Source of the DNA: a virus
IMG/VR virus record: IMGVR_UViG_3300005529_000001
Span: 272,882 to 336,881 of that record
Direction: 5' to 3' (one strand)
DNA: 64,000 bases
Shown here: positions 17,652 through 28,804 of the stretch, piece by piece
Layout of the letters: each line of letters begins with the position of its first letter
Position numbering within the stretch: position 1 is the stretch's first letter
Made by a program: the position numbers and the translations under genes
The notes under the pieces: model-generated
What the model was told of the DNA's origin: nothing
What the model saw: the letters and a program-made list of their open reading frames with translations, nothing else
The model's database searches: none

Positions 17652-18892
17652 AAATCGAGGCGAACCCTAAAGGTCAGATCCCTCTCAGGCGACTTCTGGA
17701 CGGGCCTGGACAACTTGGCGACCGCCAACAGGTTGTCGTTTGCGTCATACATGCCGACACTGGTGACGTACGTGAACGTCTGCTCGGTGTCTTCCTGACC
17801 CACATCGATGACAACGATGCGGTTTGTCGTGTCGGTGAACGTTGGGTTCGATGTGTAGTTGAACTCATCAGCTTCACACCTGCAGAAGATCAACGTTGAG
17901 TTGATGTTAGTGATGTTCTGAAACGTCAATGCTGTCTGTGATCCAGACCCCATGCGACAGGAAGCGATGTGATCAACGATGTTATCGATCGAGGCGCTGA
18001 CCATAAAGTCAGGGATGAACGCTGACTTGAACTGCGTCTGGGTACCCGAAGCTCCAAGGACTGTCGTTCCTGGCGGGGCCATCGCATCAATGGTTCCAGA
18101 AACGAATTGCGATCCTGACGTGATCTTTGACATGTCAAGGACCAGGACCCCGCGATCATAGAACATCAAGCCCACGTTACGGGCGGTGTTTGCGCTGTCA
18201 ACGACGTTGCCGACCTGCCCACCAAACGTCGACAGTTTGTTGGTCGCTGCTCCGATGTCAGTGTAGATAGCAGACCCTGACGTTGACGTGATAAATAGGT
18301 TGGGAACGCAGAGGTTGTTGGTCTCAGCTGGGTGAGTGCCGTCTCCAGTGCCAGCTGCTGATTCGTTGATCGACGCCGTCTGGAAGAAACGCATTGCGAA
18401 CGTTTCACGCTTGATGCTGTCACGTGCAAACAGACGCTTGAACGCAACGAACAACGTGACATCCATCTGATCAGCGGGGTTGCTCGAATCGATCGGTGAC
18501 GTGAACTTGCTTGTGGGTGAACCCAACAACGCGGTGGCAAACTGCCGGTAGACATCCATCTTCTCACGAACCATCAGCGATGAAGATGGGAACAGCTCCT
18601 TGCCAGCTGAGTCAACGCCAGTCTGGCTGGTCAGCTCAGTTGCTCCGCCCGGTTGCAAACCAACCGTCATGTCAAAGATGGAGTTGGCAGTTTGAAGGGT
18701 AAAATCCTGATCGTAAACAGTCTGGAACAGAGAGCTAGTGACTCCGGGACCGACGCCTCCCGTCACAAACACCTGGTACTTGCGACGAGAGACTGAACCG
18801 CTGATGTCCTGTTGAAGAACATCGATCAACTGGTTCAAGAACGATCTAGCGGTCTTGATATCGCTGGGAAGAATCTCTTTGAACGTTGCCAT
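17648..18892 (-). CDS. virion structural protein, shorter paralog of ORF 13914..16772 (candidate sheath-family)
   Basis: Shared N- and C-terminal motifs (see 13914..16772); 414 aa is minimal-sheath size. Confidence 0.5.
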   Translation of the reverse strand: MATFKEILPSDIKTARSFLNQLIDVLQQDISGSVSRRKYQVFVTGGVGPGVTSSLFQTVYDQDFTLQTANSIFDMTVGLQPGGATELTSQTGVDSAGKELFPSSSLMVREKMDVYRQFATALLGSPTSKFTSPIDSSNPADQMDVTLFVAFKRLFARDSIKRETFAMRFFQTASINESAAGTGDGTHPAETNNLCVPNLFITSTSGSAIYTDIGAATNKLSTFGGQVGNVVDSANTARNVGLMFYDRGVLVLDMSKITSGSQFVSGTIDAMAPPGTTVLGASGTQTQFKSAFIPDFMVSASIDNIVDHIASCRMGSGSQTALTFQNITNINSTLIFCRCEADEFNYTSNPTFTDTTNRIVVIDVGQEDTEQTFTYVTSVGMYDANDNLLAVAKLSRPVQKSPERDLTFRVRLDF

Positions 18893-18909
18893 GTATCAGG
18901 TCGCTCCGA

Positions 18910-19626
18910 TCACAGTTTCTGGTTGATGATGACAGCAATGTCTTGCACCGCGCCTGACTGGACGCCTGTCACCTTCATGTATGTCTTGATGAGCGTCTTA
19001 TCAGCGGTTGTCCCATAGACCTGAAACACTGCGTTAGACAGTGACTTGACGCTGATTGTGAACTGGACGCTGGATCCACCGAATGAGTTCTCAGCGGGTG
19101 ACCGGGTCAGGATGTACGTGGCACGCTGGTTACCGTCCACGTTCTCAGGAGTATTCTGCAAGATCTGAACGAACAGGTTGGGAACGTCGAGAATGAACGT
19201 CTGATCCCGAAGCTCAACATCGATCGTCGACTCATTCTGGATTGTCTGTTGGACGGTTACTGCAGCTGTCTTTTGGGTGTTGAGACCCAGGGTGATTGTC
19301 TCGTTGAGACCACTGACGTTGGCGTCGCCCGACAATGACAGCGCGGGCATGTATAGGAGGTTTGGGTTGCTGACACTGATCAACTTGTATTTTTGCGCGA
19401 TAGCCTGGTTCGTCAGAGCTTCAAAGATCGAGGTGTTCTTTTCGATCTTTTCTGCACCGACAGTGCGGCCGTACTTGGTGACGATGCCGTAGTTTACCTC
19501 GTCATCGCCGAGAGCAAACTTGTGAATCGAGAATGACCCGTCATTACGAGCCAAAAACTGTCGCCCGACGTCTGTCAGGACAGCGTCCAGAATGATGTTG
19601 TTGCTGCTGTTGTCGAGGAAGCCCAT
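18910..19626 (-). CDS. structural protein with tail-tube-like N-terminus; N-terminal paralog of ORF 28805..29827
   Basis: MGFLDNSSNNIILDAVLTDVGRQFLARNDGSFS vs MSGILDNKTRVLDTILTIEGRRQLSRGGVDISY; loosely resembles T4 gp19 FARPNLFQVEI start. Confidence 0.4.
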   Translation of the reverse strand: MGFLDNSSNNIILDAVLTDVGRQFLARNDGSFSIHKFALGDDEVNYGIVTKYGRTVGAEKIEKNTSIFEALTNQAIAQKYKLISVSNPNLLYMPALSLSGDANVSGLNETITLGLNTQKTAAVTVQQTIQNESTIDVELRDQTFILDVPNLFVQILQNTPENVDGNQRATYILTRSPAENSFGGSSVQFTISVKSLSNAVFQVYGTTADKTLIKTYMKVTGVQSGAVQDIAVIINQKL

Positions 19627-19637
19627 TTGCCTAGCCC

Positions 19638-20126
19638 TTACGTATTCCCCTCGTGAGCATCAACCGCCACATTCGGGGATGTCAAAAGCCTGACCTTCAA
19701 GTACTTGCGGTTTGGTGAACCATCGTGTAGTTCCACACTCTCGGGCACGATGGGCCAATACATGAACGTCGTCCGGACCCCGGGTTGATCGATGTGTCCC
19801 AGGAGCAATTCAACCGCTAGTTCGACTCGATCTTCGAATTTTCCTTCTGGTATGACGAGACGATACGTGTTGACCATCCCAGTCAGTCGGTTCCTGATCT
19901 TCCTGGGCCCATCATCATCTATGACTTCGTCCTCAACTTCATAAGCAAACGTAGGTGCAGATAGAGCTCGAACCTGGACGTGCTCGGGAACTCGTTTTTC
20001 AAGCTGTGCAAAGACAGCTTGGTTCAGCTCGTTGATCCATGGCATCTGGTCAACAAAGTCTTGCGAGATGTAAGGTCGTTCAGCCCAGTTTTTCCAGAGC
20101 TGCTGGAACAGGTTCATGCCATCCAT
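19638..20126 (-). CDS. hypothetical structural-module protein
   Basis: 162 aa ORF in structural operon. Confidence 0.4.
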   Translation of the reverse strand: MDGMNLFQQLWKNWAERPYISQDFVDQMPWINELNQAVFAQLEKRVPEHVQVRALSAPTFAYEVEDEVIDDDGPRKIRNRLTGMVNTYRLVIPEGKFEDRVELAVELLLGHIDQPGVRTTFMYWPIVPESVELHDGSPNRKYLKVRLLTSPNVAVDAHEGNT

Positions 20127-20178
20127 CCTACTCCCCCGACACGATCTTGAAACTTGAGCTTGCTACGTTGTGCTGTCT

Positions 20179-22155
20179 TTACCTGGGCTTCAACTCGAGC
20201 GCGGTGTTTGTCCGCCGCTGTCCAAAGAAGAATTGCGGGCTTGACAACGTTTTTGTCAAGCCCATCTTTAGCTGATCATCGATTGTGATGTCGATGTCTT
20301 GGCTCTTCCCGTTGTCAAGGTTGATGAACTGCAACTTGTAGGAGCCACCCTTTTGTTTGGTGGCGATCACGTGTTCCATGCGGTTTTGATCATCATACAA
20401 GTAGTAGTACTCGGGATTGAAATAGAGCTTGCACGTCGTTGACTGTTGGCCTTGCACTTTGATCGTGTTGGTAAACACATCCCCGTCAAGATACAAGTTC
20501 GGGTAAGGTTTGGGAGCTCCCAAGTGAGAGACATGTTCTTTTTGCAACACGTTTTTGAATGGGTCCCACCACACCCGGTACTGGGCGCCTAGTGCTGATG
20601 TCTGTCCGTGAGCATCAATGCACGCTACGGTGTAGATGAAACCCTTTTCTTTGGTAATCTGTGTTTGCCAGTTGAAATCATCATCTGTGTAAAACTGACA
20701 GGGTGATGTCAGGTATTCAATCAGGTGTGGGTCAGGGTTTTCGTTGTCTGGGAATTTGACATCGCTATCATCGAAATTGTACTGCTTTTGCAACTGGAAC
20801 GGGTGATTTACCGTGTTTCGCCTGAAGACCTGGAACTGTTTGACATCGCGTTGAGACCAGACCGGGAACGCCCACACGACAGTCAACTTGTTCGTTTCGT
20901 AGTTCCAGATGAAATCTACGTCGGGTGGAGGAGGAGGGGGATCAAGAACTGTCGTGCTAACATAGACCTTGTTGGATGGCTTGCTTGACACAAGAACCTT
21001 GACAGTTGCGATATCACCGCTAACATCATCCACTGCGGGTAACGTTAGCTGAGCAATAGTGCGGATCTGGTAGCTGTAACGAGTGTGAAACTTGACCTTG
21101 AAGTCAGCTGACGTGCTAACGTGAGAAGACTCGATGATGATCGGATCACACTTGACTGATGTTCCATCTGCTTTGATCTCAACCTTGTCTATGATGAAAC
21201 CCACAAGCTCAGCTGAGTATTTCTCATGATGTGCTGCCGTTGAACGGCGCTTGACTTCAATGAAAGGAACGAACGTCTTGTAGTCTTGTTCAGACACCGC
21301 TGGGTTAAACCGTTGGTTCACAGCGTGTTTTACTTGCTTGGCATATGTGTGCATGTTTGACACATCAGCAGCTGACGTTGAAGTGGGATCGCTGATTGTC
21401 TTTTGCACCAGATCTTGCATCAGCTTGCTGTTGATCTGAGCGTTTATGCCCACTCTCTTCAAACGCTCAAAGTAGTTGTTGATGACTCGTGATTGAACCT
21501 TGGGTCGAGCTAACGGCGCCGCAGCACGAGAAGTTGCTTGTTTTGACGTCTTGGGCGGCGTGTAAAACGTCGCACCGTATGCCTGATTTGGTTGTGCCAG
21601 CGCCCTTGATATGAAATGAGGTTGGATCGTCTTGGGTAACGTTACCGTCATCTGTTGCGCAGCTTTGTAATGACTGGTGTTCTGTGCTGACTCGTTTTCT
21701 AGAGTCGCTGTCGCAAGAGTTCCTGACACGAGATAGTGAACCTTGTTGTCGATCTCACCATCATGGAAGCTAACTGCAACGAACCCATCAATTGAGAAGT
21801 AATCTTCATCAACGATCTTGTTGATGTTGTCTTGGATCAACGTCCCATATTGAGCACCTGTGGTTCGATTCTTGTTGTTTCGTTGTTCTAGGTCACTAAC
21901 CGCGTTTCCAACCGTGGCCAGTTTTGGGAGAGAGAACGCGAAGTTGACCTCACGAGGCACACGAGTCAATGACCACTGGATGAACTGGGCATCAATCGTA
22001 GCCGCTGGACGAGCAAGCGCCTCGGAAGGGACTCCTCCGCTGTCATTGACGCACTCATCCGTGGTGAAGAAGTTGTACTTGTAATCAGCCGTCAGGTTTT
22101 TGACCCGAGGTACCTCTACAACGTAGACAAGTTTAGAAGGTTGACTTATGCTCAT
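20179..22155 (-). CDS. virion structural protein (baseplate/tail-associated, function unknown)
   Basis: 658 aa ORF, poly-Pro linker PPPPPP, in structural operon. Confidence 0.5.
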   Translation of the reverse strand: MSISQPSKLVYVVEVPRVKNLTADYKYNFFTTDECVNDSGGVPSEALARPAATIDAQFIQWSLTRVPREVNFAFSLPKLATVGNAVSDLEQRNNKNRTTGAQYGTLIQDNINKIVDEDYFSIDGFVAVSFHDGEIDNKVHYLVSGTLATATLENESAQNTSHYKAAQQMTVTLPKTIQPHFISRALAQPNQAYGATFYTPPKTSKQATSRAAAPLARPKVQSRVINNYFERLKRVGINAQINSKLMQDLVQKTISDPTSTSAADVSNMHTYAKQVKHAVNQRFNPAVSEQDYKTFVPFIEVKRRSTAAHHEKYSAELVGFIIDKVEIKADGTSVKCDPIIIESSHVSTSADFKVKFHTRYSYQIRTIAQLTLPAVDDVSGDIATVKVLVSSKPSNKVYVSTTVLDPPPPPPDVDFIWNYETNKLTVVWAFPVWSQRDVKQFQVFRRNTVNHPFQLQKQYNFDDSDVKFPDNENPDPHLIEYLTSPCQFYTDDDFNWQTQITKEKGFIYTVACIDAHGQTSALGAQYRVWWDPFKNVLQKEHVSHLGAPKPYPNLYLDGDVFTNTIKVQGQQSTTCKLYFNPEYYYLYDDQNRMEHVIATKQKGGSYKLQFINLDNGKSQDIDITIDDQLKMGLTKTLSSPQFFFGQRRTNTALELKPR

Positions 22156-25100
22156 GTCCCCTCATCAAATGTTTCGATCGTGATAAAGTACTTGTCAGCG
22201 ATCAGATCGCCCTCTGAAATATCACGATCTCGGTAACGGAACCTGTTGACGTTGGATGCTGCGCGGCCTTGGGTAAAGGGACGAGAACCCGGGGTTATGG
22301 TGCGATCAGCGATGGGATTAGCGTTGAACGCTGCGTCATCATTTTCAGTCATTGAAATGATCTCTCCGTTCCCAACCATCAGGCTCAACGCTTCACGTCC
22401 ATATGGTGTCTGGGTTGTTTGCTCAACATCCACTTCAAAATCAGCTGGATCTACGATCAAATTGAAGACCCTATCAAACTGTTTCGGAACGACAACTTTT
22501 TGATTCAAAGCACTTGGATCAGATGCTGACGTCAATGTATATGAGAGCCCGCTGATCGTTCGCATGTTTTCTAGAACGAGCGGCACGTTTCGAGGAGTAA
22601 TGGTTGCTAAGTTTGTCTCTAGGTTACCAACAACTGCTGATTGTGCAAGCGTTTTGATTGTGGTGGTTGCCGGTTGTATTGATCTGACTTGTGATGACAA
22701 GCTACTAAAGCCTGCAACGCCAGCCGGGTTACTTAGTTTTGGTTGTGAAATAGCCAGGGGTGCAACGCTGCCCTTTGGGGCGACAGACGAAGCAAGAGCA
22801 GTCGTAGAAAACAAGAGACCACCCACGGGAGCCGTTGGGTGCGTTGAGTTGGTCGCGGGAACGACTGCTTTAGCTTGCACCATGTCCGCGATGTGCGCAA
22901 CAACGTGTTCCGTCAGGGTCTTGACAAAGCTCGCGTCCAGAGGACGTGGGATGTTTGCCATGTCAAAATTGTACTCGGCGACGTTGATTCCCGTCATCAG
23001 CTTGATGTAAGCCTCAAGGATCTGGCTCACAACATGGTTCTGAAGCAACTCTGCTTTCTGTTGTGTCGTCATGAATGAATATGAGTCATCGTTCAGAGCA
23101 ACGCTGACATTCTTCAAACCATCATTTTGTGCAACAACTGCCGATGCATACTCAACGCCCTTGACAATTGATTGGGAGGTACTGGTATTGGCGTTCTGAC
23201 TGAAATCCATCGTAGGAATTGAGTTGACAATGTCATGCAATGAGGGCCTGTCAGGCAAGGGCAACCAGTTGCCAGTCGCTGACCTAACAGAAAACCTTGA
23301 CATCTCAAACAGAAAACGTTGCGGCTTGTAGATGATGTCGCCATTCACCATGTCTACCTTATAGACACAGACTTGTACGATGTCATTCCGCCTGTTCGTA
23401 AATGATGCTCGGTTTTGTTGTTGGATGTTTACTTTCTGCTTGATTCTTTGGGTGAAGCCTTGCGGGATACCGACGGTCAATATCCGTTTGTTTTGACCCC
23501 TCGCTGAGGAAAACTCAGCCGTTCCAAGGTATCCGTAAATGGCGCTGCGCATGGCTGGTGGCACATCAGACTCATCCAAGATCTTTAGCTCATGTGTGCT
23601 ATCCACGTCAGCCTGTGCAATTCTTTGCAGGGGTGGAATGTCTTGTGTTGCAGCCCGAATCAGGTTTGTCGTGGTCGCAGCCAACATCATGATCTGCTGC
23701 TCGCTAAGGAGCATGCTCAACAACTGTTTACGATCGCCCAAAATACCTGCTACTTGTTGCAATGTTTGGGTTGCAACCGGCGTCTTCAAGTAGTTGCTGA
23801 TTCCCTTTAGGCTTCCGCTAAGCGTCTGCATGATGTTAAGAATGCACATTACCAGACGTTGAATCCGAACGTTCTCCTGCGATGCTCGACTCATCAATTC
23901 ATTGACTGAATCTAGGTGATCGATCGACGTTTGTGAAACAACATAGCTTGTTGAATCCTGAAAGAAAAGATTGAATCCCGAATATGTGACACCAGTCAAG
24001 CTAAGGTTGCCGTAACGAGCAATGGCAGAAATGACAAGATCAAAAGCAACCATCGCAACGACCGTGTCGAGGTAACCCCCGTACACAGAAACCCCACCGT
24101 TAAATGCTTGCGTTGATCTAAACCTGTCAATGATCTCACCCATGATTGTGATGACGTAATTTGTCAAGGGTGTTCCAGCCTTAAGAGCCGTGGCTATGCC
24201 CGATGGGTTAAGAGCGCTGGAGTTGTTTACACGAAACGGATCAAACCCAGGTTCGCTAAGAGACTGGACGTTGGTACGACTCCTAGGCAATGCGTTCTGA
24301 AGTGCAATATTGATCTGTATGACTAGTGCATCGACCAAGGGTGTATTATCTGCGGTCACTGGTGAGCTAAAGAACGGCACCAGCATGTTATAGGACCGCG
24401 AGATCTTTGATATGACATACAAGAACAGCGCTGATTTTACGTTGTTGTCTTGTCGAGCAAGTGAAAAGACAGACGCCAGTCTATCGTCTTGGAGCATTTT
24501 TGACGTCTGCCCACTTGCATCAACCAGGGGTGACTTGATTGAGTTCAATAGATCGACGGTTGTGTTGAGAATACTGCCCTCGACAAGCTTTGCAGCGTCA
24601 GCTGAAACGACATCTACATAGGGCTTTTGCAACAGATTCATTGCATCGCTAACGATATTAAAGGAACTGAATGCGTTATCAAGAACACCGACCAGCTGAT
24701 CAATGTTGCCCGTGTTAAAAGCCTGTCCATCAGTCTGCAGCAACTGATCAAAGTAGAAATCACCGCCAGGTGTCAACGTTCCCGTATCACCTTCCACATA
24801 CTTGGACTCAAACGTCAAGACTCCAGTTGAACCTGCTACCTGTTGAGCGACAGACGTCAGAGCCGAATTGGCTTGTGACGGGAAATCAGTGATGTTGTTT
24901 CCAAACTGTCCCAAGACGCTATCAAACAACGTCGTGTTTGCTTGACCAGAAGTCACAGTGTAGTTGTAAACGCCCTGAAGCATCCTCTTCAAGGGAAGCC
25001 CCGTCAACCCAAAAGAGTACCTAAACTCCATTGACAACAGGTTGGCTAGAGCGGCGATCCGGGCTTCCTCATCCTTGAACAGGACATTCTGGTAGATGGA

Positions 25101-26318
25101 CGTAAAGGCTGGATTTATGGCATTGATCGTTTGCGCAATCAGGCTAGGTTGCAAGGCAACCAGCTCCGACAATGGTGGAAGATTGGGAAGGTTCGTTGAC
25201 AGAGCAAACCTAGTCACGTTAGGGTTGAGAATCGTTGTCGGGTTGGTATCATTTCTTTGGTATGATGGATCGATGTCAAGAAATGGCAATGTATGAAACT
25301 TCAAAGCATACGAAAGCTCCAGAACCAACTGCATCCAAATTTTAGAAGAAGAGTAGATGTTCCGCAAGTTTTCAGCTTTGTAACCTAACTCAGACAACGA
25401 ATCAACCGCGTTGAATTGCAATGGATGAAAGTTGGATAGGTGAAGTGGAATCACCTTCTTCATCTTAGATGTGGTCGGTTTGGCTGACACTGTTGCTTGT
25501 GTGTAGTTCGCTTGCAACAAGCTGCCGACCTGGCTGGGATCGACCGTATAGATGTCATGTCGAAGATCGAGTTGTGATTTTTGGGCCTCGATTATCCTAA
25601 CAAGGTTCAACAAAAACGAGGAGTTCTCTGATAGGCTGTTCAGCGCATTTTGAAGCGTGTTTGTACGACTGGAAAACTCTTGTTCGATCTTAGCGTAACG
25701 ACTCTTGAGCGTTTTTACCAGAGCTTGGCTGTTGTGTGATCGCAGATTACGCATCTGCATCTGAGCGTCAAGGAACCTGCCCGCGTCAGTCATGTAGGGA
25801 TCGAGCCCAGCAGCATCAAATGCTGTGATGTAATGCGGGGCGGTGTGAATGACATCGCGGTTAAACAGAGGTTCAAAATTGGTCATCATGATGACCTCTG
25901 GTCGTTCTTGCGCAATGCCAGTCAGCTGTTCATACGGCTGGAATTTAGCGGTGGTAGTCGTAAACCCACTGTTGAGTCTAGGATCATACGCTTTCCCAGC
26001 GTCCAGTTGCAACTGGTATGTTGGTAGAACGGTGTTGAAACGAGTCAACAACGGAAGAACGATCGGATTCCCACTGATCAGGTGTTGGCCTATTTCCAAC
26101 AAACTTGGCGTTGAAAACCGTTCGATGTTGTTCAGGCTGGGCAACAGGATCGGGTGTAACAGGCTGACTTCGTGCGTTGGCAGAACGCCTAGTGAAGACG
26201 GGTGGGTCGTCGTTGTTTGGTTTGTTGCTTGGGTTACAACAGATTGCACTAGGGGTTGAACGTGAACGCTTCCCAGGTTTGCAAATGAACTGTTGTTGAC
26301 ACGTAAGGTCGCAATCAT
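22152..26318 (-). CDS. very large virion structural protein (1388 aa; baseplate/tape-measure-like candidate)
   Basis: Uninterrupted 4.2 kb ORF, helical N-terminal region, Ser/Thr/Asn-rich. Confidence 0.5.
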   Translation of the reverse strand: MIATLRVNNSSFANLGSVHVQPLVQSVVTQATNQTTTTHPSSLGVLPTHEVSLLHPILLPSLNNIERFSTPSLLEIGQHLISGNPIVLPLLTRFNTVLPTYQLQLDAGKAYDPRLNSGFTTTTAKFQPYEQLTGIAQERPEVIMMTNFEPLFNRDVIHTAPHYITAFDAAGLDPYMTDAGRFLDAQMQMRNLRSHNSQALVKTLKSRYAKIEQEFSSRTNTLQNALNSLSENSSFLLNLVRIIEAQKSQLDLRHDIYTVDPSQVGSLLQANYTQATVSAKPTTSKMKKVIPLHLSNFHPLQFNAVDSLSELGYKAENLRNIYSSSKIWMQLVLELSYALKFHTLPFLDIDPSYQRNDTNPTTILNPNVTRFALSTNLPNLPPLSELVALQPSLIAQTINAINPAFTSIYQNVLFKDEEARIAALANLLSMEFRYSFGLTGLPLKRMLQGVYNYTVTSGQANTTLFDSVLGQFGNNITDFPSQANSALTSVAQQVAGSTGVLTFESKYVEGDTGTLTPGGDFYFDQLLQTDGQAFNTGNIDQLVGVLDNAFSSFNIVSDAMNLLQKPYVDVVSADAAKLVEGSILNTTVDLLNSIKSPLVDASGQTSKMLQDDRLASVFSLARQDNNVKSALFLYVISKISRSYNMLVPFFSSPVTADNTPLVDALVIQINIALQNALPRSRTNVQSLSEPGFDPFRVNNSSALNPSGIATALKAGTPLTNYVITIMGEIIDRFRSTQAFNGGVSVYGGYLDTVVAMVAFDLVISAIARYGNLSLTGVTYSGFNLFFQDSTSYVVSQTSIDHLDSVNELMSRASQENVRIQRLVMCILNIMQTLSGSLKGISNYLKTPVATQTLQQVAGILGDRKQLLSMLLSEQQIMMLAATTTNLIRAATQDIPPLQRIAQADVDSTHELKILDESDVPPAMRSAIYGYLGTAEFSSARGQNKRILTVGIPQGFTQRIKQKVNIQQQNRASFTNRRNDIVQVCVYKVDMVNGDIIYKPQRFLFEMSRFSVRSATGNWLPLPDRPSLHDIVNSIPTMDFSQNANTSTSQSIVKGVEYASAVVAQNDGLKNVSVALNDDSYSFMTTQQKAELLQNHVVSQILEAYIKLMTGINVAEYNFDMANIPRPLDASFVKTLTEHVVAHIADMVQAKAVVPATNSTHPTAPVGGLLFSTTALASSVAPKGSVAPLAISQPKLSNPAGVAGFSSLSSQVRSIQPATTTIKTLAQSAVVGNLETNLATITPRNVPLVLENMRTISGLSYTLTSASDPSALNQKVVVPKQFDRVFNLIVDPADFEVDVEQTTQTPYGREALSLMVGNGEIISMTENDDAAFNANPIADRTITPGSRPFTQGRAASNVNRFRYRDRDISEGDLIADKYFITIETFDEGT

Positions 26319-28795
26319 GGTGCATCTACAATTACGGTGTTGGTCGTCACCGCGGTACCTACTTTGTAGTCATTCATCACAGGAATGATGACATAACTAA
26401 TGGGACCATTGTCCAGGTGTGAGATGGTGTGGAAAAACTGACATGCACCATACGGAAAATCAGAGTGCGCTTTGCCCAAAACGGAGCGCACTCCATTCAC
26501 GATCTTCAAGATGATGAAATGATCAACTTGAGTGATGTCACCCTGGACTTGCCAGGTCAATATGTTAAGAGCTCGATTGAATGGCGTAGCGGTTTGCTTT
26601 ACGATTTTTGCAGCATCATTGTCGAATGACACATCAACCGTTGTTACCGCGCCCACGATCCCGAATGACATCGGGTCTTTTGCATAACGTTTTGCTGCGC
26701 CAGTGGATGAAACGATCACTCCACGCGTTAGAGTCAATGGGTGCAGGAACTTTGCTGGACTCCATGCATATGATTTTCTCGTGATTGGATCGGTTGAGAT
26801 TTTGGTGAAGTTATCAAACAACGTTTCAGCCGCTCTCAGAAGCGGATAGATTTCATATCTGTAGACGTGACCGTATTGTAACGCTGACACAGCTTGCGCT
26901 TTCCTGAGAAGGCTATCACTAAAATTGGGTGTTGTCACAGTACCAAAGCTCTCACGGATGCCTGTCGTTAGATCAACACGTTGGATTTGGTATGCTATCA
27001 GATTGGATAACTGGTCACGTTGGTTGGCGATATCTCCGCTGAAGAACTGAGATAGGTCCTGGTTCGATAACATCTGTTTGATGTTATCCATGTTTGTGTT
27101 TACCGTCGATGTGTTGATGACGAAGGACACGTCGGGTGTGGTGTCATGCTGAACCAGCAGGTCAGTTACCGACGTATCAACTTGCCCCGGAGCGGGTTTG
27201 ATGAACTCAATTGTCACATCACCAAAATCCTCAATGTCACCGTCCAGATAGATCAAACGAGCAACGTATCGGTAAACGTTTCTCTCCTTGACATCAGTGT
27301 CCAACGTTATCACGAGGTTTGCTTGCCTTGCTGCATCATCAACAAACCCGACATCACCATTGACAATGTCATACTGTCCGGCTGGTTGGTGGGTGGTCAG
27401 GTTCCACTTGAGAAATTGAATCGCAATGCAACGAGTTGGAATGCTTCGAGCCTCGAGTTGGATACCCTTGTCAACCTGAAGACCTGTTAGAGCAACGCTT
27501 CGGAGCGGAGTATAGCGCGGTGGACGGAGAACGACGTTAGAATAATCGAAACCCTGAGCATTCTGTGCACCAACAGAAATTGCACGATAAATTGCTGCTG
27601 ACGAGAGCGGTACGTCAACTTTGACCTGAAGGGCTTTTTGCTTTGATGTTAGAGAATACGTTCCGATCAACGAATAGTTGTCAACGTCTTGTGCCGCAGC
27701 AAAGATAGTCTTCTTGTAGATCTGAACTGACGTTGCCCCCGGATCAGTCTGGTTTATCTGGAGCGTACCGTATGTTGAGTTGGGTGCAAGAGACGCCTTC
27801 AAGATGGGTGGCGTTTTGGGAGTGTTGTAAATTTGCAACTCTCTTGAGATGTTTAGTGTTTTTACGACTGAGTTCACTGGTTCATTGCTATCAGCATTGA
27901 TCAGGTCAAACTGAACAAATGCATTGGTTAGATCAGCATTTTCTAGCCTGAGCAACGCCGCTGGGACGACAATGTATTCAGTGATTTCTTGGATCGTTTG
28001 GGTGACGTTTTGGATCACCCGAACTAAGTCTTGATCAGCAAGATCATCAGTCGTTGTGGGAGGTATGTTTGTCGTCGGCGGGAACAAGTAAAAATTCAGC
28101 AGCTGAGAAACAGGATCGGTGATTGACTCAAGAGCACGTTGGGTGTTAGAGAAGCCCTGTCTTGTTGCAGTCGAAGACTGGCTCCTCGGTGTCAAGTCCA
28201 TGATGTACGAAGGATCAATTCCCTGTCTGACAACCATGTCCTGCATCACTTGTTGCGGGCTCAGAGCGGCGCTGCCCGACAGCGCGACCGACACATCAGG
28301 AACAAGTAATGAGTTAGCGACCCGTTGTAGGATTGGCTGTGGGTTCGCGCTTTGCTTGACATCACTAGCTAACACAGTCTGGAGTTGTGGACCATTCAGT
28401 TGTGGGATTGTGGTCGGATCAACCTGAGCTAGCAACTGTTGGATCACTTCGTTGTTTACGTACGATAGGATGTTGCTGTTGGTCTGAGCGACAACATATC
28501 CCAAACGTTGTTGAGCTGCTTGTTTAGCGTTCAACAACAAACCGCGGATGTTATCAACCAGAGCTTGGGTGTCAACAATTCCACGTTGGGTCAACCCTAA
28601 CAATGGCAATCGTGGGATGAATCTGCTGATGACCTGAATGTTCACGACTCGGGCGTGATTGTTCATCGCCTGGCTTGGGTTTACAGAATACGTGAAAGCA
28701 AACTCGAGATCGCCGTTCGCATGGACGTTCACAAGCTGAGCATAATCATCAGCTACAGTCACCAGATTTGCTGTCTGTTGGTACCTGAAGAACAT
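26315..28795 (-). CDS. large virion structural protein (826 aa)
   Basis: Long ORF overlapping neighbours by 4 nt in structural operon. Confidence 0.5.
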   Translation of the reverse strand: MFFRYQQTANLVTVADDYAQLVNVHANGDLEFAFTYSVNPSQAMNNHARVVNIQVISRFIPRLPLLGLTQRGIVDTQALVDNIRGLLLNAKQAAQQRLGYVVAQTNSNILSYVNNEVIQQLLAQVDPTTIPQLNGPQLQTVLASDVKQSANPQPILQRVANSLLVPDVSVALSGSAALSPQQVMQDMVVRQGIDPSYIMDLTPRSQSSTATRQGFSNTQRALESITDPVSQLLNFYLFPPTTNIPPTTTDDLADQDLVRVIQNVTQTIQEITEYIVVPAALLRLENADLTNAFVQFDLINADSNEPVNSVVKTLNISRELQIYNTPKTPPILKASLAPNSTYGTLQINQTDPGATSVQIYKKTIFAAAQDVDNYSLIGTYSLTSKQKALQVKVDVPLSSAAIYRAISVGAQNAQGFDYSNVVLRPPRYTPLRSVALTGLQVDKGIQLEARSIPTRCIAIQFLKWNLTTHQPAGQYDIVNGDVGFVDDAARQANLVITLDTDVKERNVYRYVARLIYLDGDIEDFGDVTIEFIKPAPGQVDTSVTDLLVQHDTTPDVSFVINTSTVNTNMDNIKQMLSNQDLSQFFSGDIANQRDQLSNLIAYQIQRVDLTTGIRESFGTVTTPNFSDSLLRKAQAVSALQYGHVYRYEIYPLLRAAETLFDNFTKISTDPITRKSYAWSPAKFLHPLTLTRGVIVSSTGAAKRYAKDPMSFGIVGAVTTVDVSFDNDAAKIVKQTATPFNRALNILTWQVQGDITQVDHFIILKIVNGVRSVLGKAHSDFPYGACQFFHTISHLDNGPISYVIIPVMNDYKVGTAVTTNTVIVDAP

Positions 28796-28804
28796 CTGAT
28801 TACC

